Assembly: GCA_038087875.1 (NCBI GenBank)
Contig: CM075992.1
Span: 11,844,001 to 11,908,000 of the forward strand
Reading direction: 5' to 3'
Length of the DNA: 64,000 nt
DNA from: Malacoraja senta
Taxonomy: Eukaryota
The notes under the pieces are model-generated. The model saw nothing but the letters and a program-made list of their open reading frames with translations. It was not told where the DNA came from and ran no database searches. This document shows positions 40,346-52,367 of this stretch, piece by piece; position 1 is the stretch's first letter; each line of letters opens with the position of its first letter. The position numbers and the translations under genes were made by a program.

Positions 40346-40769
40346 TATGTCCTAGAGTTAAGTTCCATTAGCCATTCATTGGACCACTTTCCCAACTGAC
40401 CGAGATCCTTTTGTAAACGTATTATATATTTCCTCACTGCCCAGTATATCACAGATTTTGGAGTTACCTGCATATTTAGTAACCGCAATAACTACATGAT
40501 ATTCATATTGATAATGTAGATAAGGAACAACAATAGACCCATCACCAAACCCTCCCTGCAGCAATCCACTGGTCACAGTCCACAATCAAATAGATCAACA
40601 CATCACAACTACCCTTTGACTAGGTCATCCAAGCCAATTTTGTGATAGAGTCATAGAGTGATACAGCATGGACACATGCCCTTTGGCCCAAGTTGCCCAT
40701 GCCGGCCAACGTGTCCCTACCACACTAGTTCCATCTGCCCGTGTTTGGTCCGTATGCCTCCAAACCTGT

Positions 40770-42100
40770 CCCATCCATGTACAGTATCTGTCTAACAACA
40801 TCCCATTTGCCAGCTCACCTTGGATTCCTGACTAGTCTACCATGTGGAACCTTGTCGAATACCTTCCAAAGTCCATAAAGACAACATTGCCCTACCCCCA
40901 TCAATTCTCTTGGTGACTTCATGAAAAATCTCAGATTCATTTCCAATGAAAAAGGCCATGATGGCTGTAGAACATGGAATTTTGGAACAAACCTGCCGTA
41001 ATGTCCTGGCTGACTGGTTTGTTTGATGCAACTGATGTCACTCACAAATCATGGCACAGTTGGGTAAAAGCAATGTTATGAAAGGTAGAGTCAACGGACT
41101 TTCAAAGGCCATAAAAGATGTCAGAAAAGTTCATGCTGATAAAACAAGGTGGACGGAGGGAAGCTTATTAATTTCACACTGGTAGACGGCTCAAATATCA
41201 GAAAGAATGTGAGGAAAAACCGAGTCATCTCAGCTTTTGAATTGGAATCATCTTGTAGCTAAAAGGTGGGGGAATGGAATTGATATACGGCAGCATTGTA
41301 AGGAGAGGTGGGAGGCTTGATTTTCCAATACTCCTCTATGTACCTGAAACCAGCTGCTATGGCCTTGCCTCTTCCCATTCATGTCAAGTTCAAAGCACAA
41401 GCTCCCCAGTGAGGCAAAACTGTGAAGTATTAAATACAAAAATATGAGTGTCACCACCCACCTTTGCAGCCTCTGTTGTCTGTGAAGTTACGTTGTTTGC
41501 TCGGTTGGAAATATCCTGCCTTACAGGTACACTTGTAGCTTCCCACTGTGTTGTGACAATCAGTGTTGGGGCCACACACTGTTTGTGCAGAAGCTCCCAT
41601 ACATTCATCCTCATCTGGAAGGAGGAAAAGAAAAAAGATCCATGCTTTAATAAAAACCAAGAAGGGATGAGTGGTCTGTTGCCCATGCCAGCCCTCACAC
41701 TCCACAGCTGATCATTCCTGGTCCTATCGTGACCTGTCCCTCCATCTCCACCATCCCTTGATTCAATCAACATTCACAATGTCAGCCTGGTGTGTCCTCA
41801 ACAACTGTGGCTCCACAGTGAGGAACAGGAAGACTCACAACCTTCTGAGCAAAGGGACTTTTCCTCAGCCCAGGCCTAAACGGACAAAGCCGCTGCCTCT
41901 CTGCTCCTCTGTTACTCCCACATCTACATCAGCAAACTTAGATTCTTTCTGATTTTTGTGAAGTGTGTTATGTCATTACAAGGAGTCTTGCCTACCCCTG
42001 CTTCTCACAATACCCCTCACTCCTCCCCCCACCTACCCCACCTGGCCATCACCACACATCCCTCCCAATGGACCCCCTCCCCCCTCCGTTGTTACCATCC
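40770..42100. repeat. Local duplication unit 3 (uninterrupted left flank + EGF exon)
   Basis: 41320-42100 matches units 1 and 2. 40770-41314 matches 54480-54763 plus 59620-59879. Confidence 0.9.
41462..41614 (-). CDS. Internal exon: calcium-binding EGF-like domain, copy 3
   Basis: Acceptor tccttccag and donor AAG|gtgggt; 153 bp, phase 1-1. Encodes (D)[50 protein letters not shown]. Confidence 0.88.
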
Positions 42101-42107
42101 CCCACTA

Positions 42108-44360
42108 GCTCGGAAAACTGCTGACAGGCAGGACCTCCAGGGTGGTTATCTCTGGTTTGCTTCTGTGCTGGCGAGAGCAGGGACATTGAGATACAGGACC
42201 TGAATGTGTGGCTGAGGAACTGGTGCAGGGGGCAGGGATTTAGATTCTTAGACCACTGGGATCTGTTTTGGAGTAAGGGGGAACTGTACAAAAGGGACAG
42301 ATTGCACCTTAACAGGTGGGGGCCCGGCATTCTGGCAGGCAGGTTTGCCACTGCAACACGGGTGGTTTTAAACTAAATAAGGTGGTGGGGGGGGGGGGGG
42401 GGGTCAAATGGGATAGTCAAGGACAGAGTTAAAGGGAAAGGGAGTAAAGGGATTGTAAAATACTCCAGAATAAAAGGGAAAGAAAGCTCATGAAGGGATA
42501 AGAGAGTATGGCCAAGTGTAATAGGGATCGATGTGAAAGGTGAGATGCGGAAGGAATTAAAAATATTGTATATGAATGTGCAAAGTATAAGAAGTAAAGA
42601 AGATGAGCTTGAGGCTCAGTTAGAGGTTGGTAGATATGACATTGTGGGGATTACTGAGATGTGGCTGTAGGAGGATCCGGCATTGAAACTTAATATTCAG
42701 GGTTATACATCCAATAGAAAGGACAGGCAGGTGGGCAGAGGAGGGGGGTTGCTCTTCTGGTGAGGGATGGAATTCAGTCCCTTGCGAGGGAAGACATAGG
42801 GACTGAGGAGGTAGAGTCATTGTGGATTGAGTTCAGGAATTGCAGAGGCAAGAAGACACTAATTGGTGTTATCTACAGACCCACAAATAGTAGCCCGGAT
42901 GTAGGGTGTAAGTTGCAACAGGAGTTAAAACTGGCATGTAACTAAGGTAATGCCACTGTGTTGGTGGGGGATTTCAATATGCAGGTAGACTGGGAAAATC
43001 AGGTTGGTTCGGGACCCCAAGAAAGAGAGTTTGTAGAGTGCCTCTGAGATGGATTTTGGGAGCAGCTTGTAATGGAGCCGATGAAAGAAAAGGCAATTCT
43101 GGATTTAGTGTTGTCCAATGAACCAGATTTGATATGAGAACTAGATGTAAAGGAACCGCTTGGAGGTAGTGATCATAATATGATTAGTTTTAATCTGCAA
43201 TTTGAGAAGGAGTAGGTTAAATAGGAGGTGTCAATGATGCAGATGATCAAAGGGGACTATGAAGGCATGAGGGAGGAGGTGGCCAAGATAGACTGGAAAG
43301 GGATCCTAGCAGGAATGATGATGGTGGAACAGCAATGGCAGGAATTTCTGGGCATGATCCGGAAGACGCAGGATAATTTCATTCCAAAAAGGAAGAAAAA
43401 TTCTAAGGGGAGTAGGAGGCAACTGTGGGTGACAAGAGGAATAGAATAAAACTAAAAGAAAAGATGTATAACACAGTAGCCGGAAGCCAGAGGATTGGGA
43501 AACTTTCATAGGACAACAGAAGGAAACAAAACGGGCAACACGGGCTGAAAAGATGAAGTACGAAGGGAAGCTGGCCAGGAATATAAAGAAGGACAGTAAA
43601 AGCTTCTTTAGATATGTTAAGGGAAAAAGAGTAGCAAAGTCAAATGTGGGTCCCTTGAAGGCAGACACGGGTGAAATTATTATGGGCAACAAAGAAATGG
43701 CAGAAGAGTTGAATAGGTACTTCGGATCTGTCTTCACTAAGGAAGACACAAACAATCTCCCAGATGTATTGGAGGACAGAGGATCTAAGGGGGTAGAGGA
43801 TCTGAAAGAAATATTCATTAGGCGAGAAATAGTATTGGGTAGGCTAATGGGACTGAAGGATGATAAATCCCCTGGGCCTGGTGGTCTGCATCCCAGGGTC
43901 CTCAGGGTGGTGGCATTGCTGATAATTTTCCAATGTTCAATAGATTCAGGATCAGTTCCTGTGGATTGGAGGATAGCTAATGTTATCCCACTTTTCAGGA
44001 AAGGAGCGAGAGAGAACATGGGGAATTACAGACCAGTTAACCTGACCGGTGGTGGGAAAGATGCTGGAGTCAATTATTAAAGAAGTAATAATGGGGCATT
44101 TGGATAGCAGTAAAAGAATTAGTCCAAGTCAACATGGATTTATGAAAGGGAAATCATGCTTGACAAATTTTCTGGAATTTTTTGAGGATGTGACTAAAAT
44201 GGATGAAAGTGTGCCAGTGGATGTAGTGTATCTAGACTTTCAGAAAGCCTTTGATAAGGTCCCGCACGGGAGACTGGTGACTAAAATTAGAGCACACGGT
44301 ATTAGGGGTAGGGTGTTGACATGAATAGAAAATTGGTTGGCAGACCGGAAGCAAAGAGTA
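42108..44360 (+). mobile_element. CR1-type LINE internal fragment (second subfamily), cut by Gypsy insertion
   Basis: Esterase end, EN and RT remnants. Stops at ...GCAAAGAGTA just before the LTR. Confidence 0.9.
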
Positions 44361-44361
44361 C

Positions 44362-44498
44362 TGTAATGTATTCATGCATATTCATTATATGCTAATGAGT
44401 TGGTTTTGTATATAAGTAGGGAATGTTGGGTAATAAAACTCTCTTGTGATCCAGCCAGCCTGCAAGTTATTGTTCATTCTGCTGTCCGGAATATAACA
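44362..44498 (+). repeat. Putative 5' LTR (137 bp)
   Basis: TGTAATGT...ATATAACA termini, with TATATAA and AATAAA inside. Directly precedes the PBS; no second copy in the window. Confidence 0.75.
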
Positions 44499-44502
44499 AA
44501 AT

Positions 44503-44520
44503 TGGCGACGAGGATGGGAT
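44503..44520 (+). promoter_or_regulatory. Primer-binding site complementary to tRNA-Ser(GCU) 3' end
   Basis: TGGCGACGAGGATGGGAT is the reverse complement of ATCCCATCCTCGTCG-CCA (vertebrate tRNA-Ser(GCU) end, from recall). Confidence 0.85.
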
Positions 44521-44706
44521 AGATATTGTGAACTCATCCTTTAAATACAGTGCAAGACTGTTTTACAACACGCAGGATTGTTTAACAGTTTAAACAGTAA
44601 ATACGGAGTTGTGTCGCAGTTGTTTGCGAGCTGGACATGAGAGGCCTGCAGATCCTTCTATGCAGGGGGCTGTAGTTTAAAACAGCAGCTGGATAAATCG
44701 GCAAGT

Positions 44707-47700
44707 TTGTCAGGAGAGATAGTGGCTGAAACAAATAAGGCCGTTTGCGAACACATGAAAGCGATTCTGCTCACGGAGATAGGGCCTGAAGTGTACGGCA
44801 CACTTGTGAATCTCCTTGCACCCTCAAAGGCAAAAGACATGCCTTTCAATGACATTATAAATAAGTTGGAGGAGCACTTCAACCCAAAGCCTCTGGAAAT
44901 TGCAGAAAGCTATAAATTTGGCACTAGAAACCAGAAGCAGAATGAGACAATCAATGAGTACATTGTTGCCTTGAAAAACATAAGTTTACACTATAACTTT
45001 GCAACCTTTCTTGGACGAGCACTACGCGACAGATTTGTTTGTGGTCTGGTGGATGAACAAATTCAGTCCCAACTGATGAACACTCCAGATCTCACATTTG
45101 AGAAAGCATGCAAGATTGCTACCACAATAGAGATGGCATCAAAGAATGCTCGCGAGTTTCGCCCATCACGAACTGCAGTGGCCGTTTACAGTCACAAGGC
45201 AGTGCCTATGGCCAAACCAAGAGGCGCTAAACCAAAACTGAAGTATGGTGGGGAGCCGAGTTCAGCCAGTTGTTATCGTTGCAACGGTAATCACTCATCC
45301 CAATTTTGTCAGTTCAAAATGGCCAAGTGCTATAACTGCCAGAGGAAAGGCCATATCGCCTCAGCATGTTGGGCCAAGCATAAAACAGGAAACCAACAAT
45401 CTGCGGGAATCAAGCAACAACACCGGAGAGGAGTTCACAACTTGGAGGGGAACCCAGATGGAAATGAACTTGGGTTGTACACCATTTATGCAACCAACAT
45501 CGATAAGCCTACAACCAGCCAAGGCAAGGACTTTCAAACTAAACTATTGATTAATGAACAGTTAATCGATACGTGTATTGACACGGCAGCAGATTGTTCG
45601 GTCATGAGCAAAGACCTGTACGAAACAAAGTTCCCACAGATACCATTGTTTGAGAGTAAGGTCAAGCTGAGAACCTACTCGGGCAAAGTTTTGGAGACTT
45701 GTGGACAAATGAACTGTAAAGTTCAGCATAATGGTCAGTCGGTAACACTGCCCATCATAGTAGCCAGCTACAGAAATAAACCAACCCTCCTTGGAAAGGA
45801 TTGGCTGAGTAGAATAGAATTAGACTGGAAGAACATTTTCAGCATCAATTTGTCCAAATCACATCTTGAAAACGTCATAAGCAAACATGCAAATATTGTT
45901 CCTGACAGTGACACGGGATTAGCAGGGTACTCTGCACACATTCAACTTAAGCAAGATGTGAGGCCTGTGTATTGTCGACCAAGACCTGTACCATATGCAC
46001 TAAAGCAACAAGTGGAGGTAGAACTCGACAGATTAGAGCCTAATGGAGTACCTGTGAAGACAGACCAGAGTAAATGGGCAACGCCAATTGTGGCCGTACC
46101 CAAGGCTGATAAAACTGTTCGACTATTTGGTGATTACAAAGTCACAATCAACCAAGCCGTTGATGACGAACAATATCCGTTACCAACCTCGCAAGATCTA
46201 TACGCAGAACTTAGCGGAGCAAGAGTCTTCACTAAACTGGATTTGTCTCACGCTTATGCCCAACTCAATGTCGATAAGGAAAGTCAGCAGTACTTGACTA
46301 TCAACACACATAAGGGCTTGTATTCATATACAAAGCTGCCCTATGGTGTGAAATTCTCCCCGAAAATTTTTCAGTCTGTCATGGACCTAATATTACAAGG
46401 CATTCCGCACTGTGTGTGCAACCAGGATGACCTATTGATATTCACAGAAGGCATGGTAGAACATCTGAAAATCCTCGAGCAAGTTCTCATAAGACTGAAC
46501 TGCCACAATGTCAAACTGCGTCAATGGAAATGTGCATTTGCGCAGTCAGAGGTGGTCTACCTTGGACTGAAAGCAGATGCCAACGGACTTCGCATTGTGA
46601 AAGCGAAAGTTGAAACAATAGTGAATGCTCCAAAACCCAACAATGTGTCAGAGCTACGATCATTCCTTGGGATGGTGCAGTTCTATGCACGATTCCTTCC
46701 AGATTTAGCAACTGTGCTAAAGCCACTTCATCATCTGGTACAAAAATACATGAAATGGACGTGGGGAAAGGAACAGCAACGTGCATTTGACATCTGCAAG
46801 GAGAACTTGATAAGTGACAAACTTCTTGTTATGATACGACACGCGAGATGAAACTTGCTTGTGATGCTTCAAGTTATGGTGTAGGTGCAGTGATCTACCA
46901 TGTAATGAATGACGGACAGGAAAAGCCTATTGCCTTTGCATCCCGCACCCTGTCATCGAGTGAACGCAACTATGCGCAGATAGAAAAGGAAGCACTCAGC
47001 ATCGTGTTCGGAATCAAGAAATTCCATCAGTTTCGTCTCGGCAGACCATTCACCCTAGTGACTGATCACAAGCCACTACTAGTGATACTTGGTCCCAAGT
47101 CAGCTATACCCTCCATGGCGGCATCAAGGATGCAGCGCTGGGCAATTTTGCTGTCCCAGTATGACTACAAGGTTGAGTACAGAAGCTCCAAGTGCAACGC
47201 AGTTGCAGATGTGTTGTCCCGGTTGCCCCATGAGAACTCTGACGTGGGAAGTGAGAACTCAATCTACACAATGCAAGTGGTAGATGAAGACGTTCCAGTG
47301 ACTGCAACAGAAATTGCAGCAGAAACAAAGAAAGACAATGTGCTGAAGTGGGTTTATGAACAGACATTGCATGGTTGGACTGAAATCGATAGTGGATTGA
47401 ACTCAGTTCTGAACTCAGAGCTGAAGCCTTTCCATAATCGACGCCATGAATTATCATGTGAGCAGGGATGTGTTAAGTGGGGTTACAGAGTGGTTGTACC
47501 AGAGTCTTTGAGAAACAAAATTATGAACGAACTTCATGCCAAACATCCTGGCATAGTAAGCGTGGTCAATTGCCAGAAGTTTTGTGTATTGGCCTGGTAT
47601 TGACAGGGACATTGAGTCACTGGTGAGCAAATGTAGCGTCTGCCAAAATTGCCGGAGTAAACCACCAAAAACACCACTGTAACCCTGGTCATGGCCAAGT

Positions 47701-48610
47701 AGACCTTTTCACAGAGTTCATGTACATTTTTGCAAAAAGGGTAATGATCACTTTCTGGTGCTGGTAGATAGTCATTCAAAATGGATTGAGGTTAAACATA
47801 TGGGGTCAAGCACTACTACTGAGCGTACCATAGATGAGTTGAGATCCATTTTTGCATGCCATGGTTTACCGGAAGAACTTGTTTCTGATAACGGGCCTCA
47901 GTTTCGTTCAGAACGGTTCAAAGAGTTCATGCAGCAGAATGGTGTAAAACACACACTTGTTCCCCCATACCATCCAGCCTCTAACGGGGCAGCGGAAAGG
48001 TCTGTTAGAGTTGTCAAAGACGCTCTCAAGAAACAGGTTTTGCAGGGTAGTTCAAAGCTCAGCATGAAACATCGTTTGGCTAGATTCTTGCTGAAGTACA
48101 GAACCACACCACACACAACAACAGGTTACTCACCTGCAGAACTGTTGATGAAGAGAAGGCTAAGAATACACCTAAGTCTAGTTCAACCCAAGTTGACTTT
48201 GAGAGTTGAACAAAAACAATTAAGTCAGAAATGCCATTTTGACTCCCACAAAAAGGGGAGGGACTTGAAGCCAGATGAGCAGGTTCGTGTTCTCAGTCCT
48301 CCCAACAAGTCCAGTCGAGACAAATGGGATGTTGGGAAAATAGTGGAAGTGTGTGGAACAAAAAGATACTTAGTTGAAGTGGGAGATAGGATCAAAAGTG
48401 TTCATGTTGATCAAATGATTCCAGCCAAAGATGAACCAAAAACTGAACATGAAGTCCTAATCCCTGAGTCTTTATCGGAAAGTGAGTTGGAAGAGCCAAC
48501 TGTGATTGAAACACAAAGTTCAGTCAGTACAGACAAAGAAACAGATTCCTCTGATCAAAGTCGGAGAACTAAAACGGAGCCAACAAGCCTACAGTTGAGT
48601 CAACACCTAA
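44707..48610 (+). pseudogene. Gypsy gag-pol polyprotein, frameshifted
   Basis: CYNCQRKGHIASAC, IDTAAD, LDLSHAYAQ, NQDD, ACDASSYG, SDNGPQF and PPYHPASNGAAER. Confidence 0.92.
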
Positions 48611-48867
48611 ACCTGTTTTTTTTTAATTTCAAAATAGACTTTATTCACGTAATAAATATATACAATACGTGACACGTGCGAAAAATGTATCCGACATTTC
48701 CGGAGGCTATACAAATTGTTCAATGCAGTTAATACATTTTTTCAAATTCCACAGATCCGTCCCCCCACCCGTGCCACTCTTGTGGCCCCCTGGCGTGGGA
48801 TACCTTCCCTTATTTTGAGGGGCATTTCCACCATACCGTGCCCCCCATGTCCAGCAGCGGAAGGACC

Positions 48868-51800
48868 CTAGACTGTGGCCCTCCCCCACCGAGCCTTGGC
48901 GTTGGCTGCACCGAGCTTCAGTGCGTCCCTCAGCACGTACTCCTGCAGTCTGCAGCGGGCCAGTCGGCAACATTCCCCGACGGACATCTCGCTCTGCTGG
49001 GTGGTGAACAACGCTCGGGCAGACCAAAGAGCATCTTTCACCGATTTGATGACCCTCCAGCTGCACTCGATGTCAGTCTCTGAATGTGTCCCTGGGAACA
49101 GTCCGTAAATCACAGAGTCCTCTGTGACGGAGCTGTTCGGGATAAAGCGTTCCAGGGACCCTTGCCTACTTCTCCAGACTCTTTTTCCAAATCCACACTC
49201 TGCAAAGAGGTGGGCAACCGTCTCCTCTCCATAGCAGCCGTCCAGAGGGCAGCGTGCGCTGGCAGTGAGATTCTGACGGTGCAGGAAGGATCTGACTGGG
49301 AGGGCTCCCCTCACCACCGGCCAAGCCAGGTCTTGGTGCTTGTTGGTGAGTTCTGGCGATGAGGCATTTTGCCAGACAAGCTGGGCAGTCTGCTCTGGGA
49401 ACCACGCCACCGGATCCATCGAGTCCTTTCCCTGCAGTGCCTGCAGGACATTCCGTGCTGACCACTGCCCAATGGACATGTGGTCAAAAGTGTTGGTCCG
49501 GAAGAACCTTTCCACGGACGACAGATGGGGCGGCAATGTCCAGCTGACTGACACATTGCGTGGCATCTGCGCCAGGCCCATCCTTCGCAACACTGGGGAC
49601 AGGTAGAACCTCAGCAGGTAGTGACAGTTGGTGCCCACGTGCCTTGTTTCTACACACCGCCTGATGCAGCCACACACAAAGGTGGCCATCAGGGTGAGGG
49701 CGACGTTGGACACGCTTTTACCCGCGTTGTCTGCTGACTTGTACATTGTGGCCCATCGCACCCGGTCTATCCTCGACCCCCAGATGAACTGGAAGACGGC
49801 CCGGGTGATCCCTGTGGCATAGGAGGGAGGGACAGGCCACACTTGTGCCAAGTACAGCAGCCCCAAGAGCACCTCACACCCGATGACCAAATCTTTTCCG
49901 GTTATGGAGAGGGAGCGTTGCCTCCACAGCTCCAGCTGCTTCCCCACCTTGACTATCCGCTCCAGCCAATTCTTGTTACACGCCTCAGCCCCCCCCGAAC
50001 CAGATCCCCAGCACCTTCAAGAAGTCAGGCTTGATGGTGAAGGGGACAGAAATTCGGTCGGGCCAGCTGCCAAAGAGCATGGCCTCGCTCTTCCTGCGGT
50101 TCACCCTGGCTCCCGTGGCCGACTCAAACTGGTCGCAGATACTAATCAGTCTGCGGACCGACCTTGGATCCGAGCAGATGACAGCGACATCGTCCATGTA
50201 CAGGGAGGTTTTGATTTGAATGCCCCCCACTGCCTGGCAATGTCTCTCCTCTTATGCTCGAATCCTTCCTGATGGACTCGGCAAAAGGTTCAATACAGCA
50301 GACAAAGAAGACAGGAGAGAGAGGGCACCCCTGCCTGACTCCAGACCTTACAGGGAAACTGTCTGATTCCCACCCATTGATTTGGACTGCTCTACGGATA
50401 TTGGTGTAGAGCAGTTTGATCCAATTTCGGATTCCCTCCCCAAAACCCATTTTGGAGAGCACGTCCCTCATGTACGTGTGCGATATCCTGTCGAAAGCCT
50501 TCTCCTGGTCCAAGCTGACTAGGCAGGCATCCACCCTTCTATCCTGCACGTAGGCGATGGTGTCTCTCAGCAGCGCTAGGCTGTCTGAGATTTTCCTGCC
50601 AGGCACAGCACAGGTTTGGTCCGGGTGGATCACCTGTCCCAGAGCAGACTTGACCCGGTTGCCGATGGCCTTAGACAGGATCTTATAATCTACATTCAAC
50701 GGTGTTATGGGTCTCCAATTCTTTATGTCCTTCATCTCCCCCTTCTGCTTGTAGATTAGGGTGATGCTGCCCTTCCTCATCGAGTCTGACATGCTGCCGG
50801 CTAGAAGCATGTCGTTGTACACTTCCAGCAGGTCCGGGCCCACCCAGTCCCACAGAGCCGAATACAACTCGGCCGGTAAGCCATCGTTTCCGGGAGTTTT
50901 ACTCGTGTCAAAGGAACGGATGGAGCCAGTCAGCTCCTCCAGGGTCAGTGGTTGGTCCAGACTCTCCCGCTTGCTGTCCTCCAAGACCTCCGTGATAGAG
51001 GACAGGAAGTTCTGGGAGGCGGTGCTGTCTGTGGCCTTTTTGTCATACAAATCCATGTAAAAGGATTTGCAGATCCTCAGTATATCCATCTGCAAGGATG
51101 TTACCGAGCCGTCCTCCTCCCTAAGGCTGTTCATCACAGAGCTCCCCCTGTGAACCTTATGGAAGAAGAAACGTGAGCACGTCTCATCCTGCTCCACATG
51201 GCGGACCCTGGATGGGAAGATGATCTTGGAGGATTCAGACGTAAAGAGCCGAGCTTGCCGGTCCTTCACCTCTCTAAGTTCCTCCCTCACATCCACCCCT
51301 CTCGACTGCAGAAGGAGCAGTTGTTGCAAATCTGTCTAGAGTTGGCACAATTCCCTCTGACTCTGTCTTGCTCTCTGAACCCCTTTAACTATGAAGAACC
51401 TCTTAATGTTCTCCTTGGTTGCTTCTCACCAGAGTGTTGGGGAGTCAAAGAGGGGCCTCACCGTTCTCCAACATGCGTAGTCCCTCTTTAGCTCCTCAAC
51501 GTTCTCTGGGGTCAACAGCTTCATATTTAACTTCCACGTCCCCCTGCCTGCCTTCTGGTCCTCCTGTAGGTGACAGGAAGCCTGAAGGAGGCAGTGGTCA
51601 GAGATGAACACCGGCGTGAGGTCGGTGTGTCTCACCGTGACGGCCTTCGTCATGAAGACAAAGTCTATCCGGGATCGGGCTAAACCGTCCGATCTCGACC
51701 AGGTGAACTGCGGCTGGGACCCGCCTGCAGGGTTGCTGAAGGCGTCGTGCAGCTTTGCATCTTTTACCGTCTCCATCAGGAACTTGGACATGCTGTCCAG

Positions 51801-52291
51801 TCTGTTGTCGACACTGCCGGATCGTCCAGCCGCATCAATGATGCAGTTGAAGTCACCGGCCAGAACGAGCTGCTGGGACGTGGCCAGCAGCGATGGGAGC
51901 TGCTGGAGAACGGCCAGCCGCTCGCTCTGCACGGGTGAGGCATACACATTAATCAGCTGGAGCGTAGAACCATGGTATATAACATCCACCACGAGGAGAC
52001 GCCCCCCAACCACCTCCCTGACCTCAGTGATGGCGAAGTTCCCTCCCCGCAGCAAGATCCCCAGGCCGGAAGGGCGACAGTCATTGCCCCCCGACCACAC
52101 CGACAGTCCGTGGGGCCACCATCGCGACCACCTCCGATAGCAGCAGAGGTGTGGCAGCCCACACTCCTGGAGAAAAGTCACATCAGCCTTGACCTTGGCC
52201 AAGTACTGCAAGGTATTAACACAGTGCTCTTTATACTATTAACAGTGCTCTTTATACTGCACACGTTTAAAGATGCCAGTTTTAGCTCCAT
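48868..52291 (-). pseudogene. Tx1 ORF2 (APE EN, RT, CCHC), several frameshifts
   Basis: MELKLASLNV, FLQE, AGDFN, SRID, SDH, DQEKAFD, RQGCPLSP, YMDD and CPLDGCYGEETVAHLFAEC. Confidence 0.92.
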
Positions 52292-52367
52292 TGTCTTTAG
52301 AGTTACTGACCATTCTCGTGTCCCCTCATACCCACCGCTTCGGTGAATTGCCTCAGCTTTCCTGGGC

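Noticed and set aside
43306..44019. Long antisense ORFs over CR1 ORF2 (also 60282-60803, 58376-58840)
   Set aside because: Shadow frames of RT coding sequence, with boundaries not conserved between copies.
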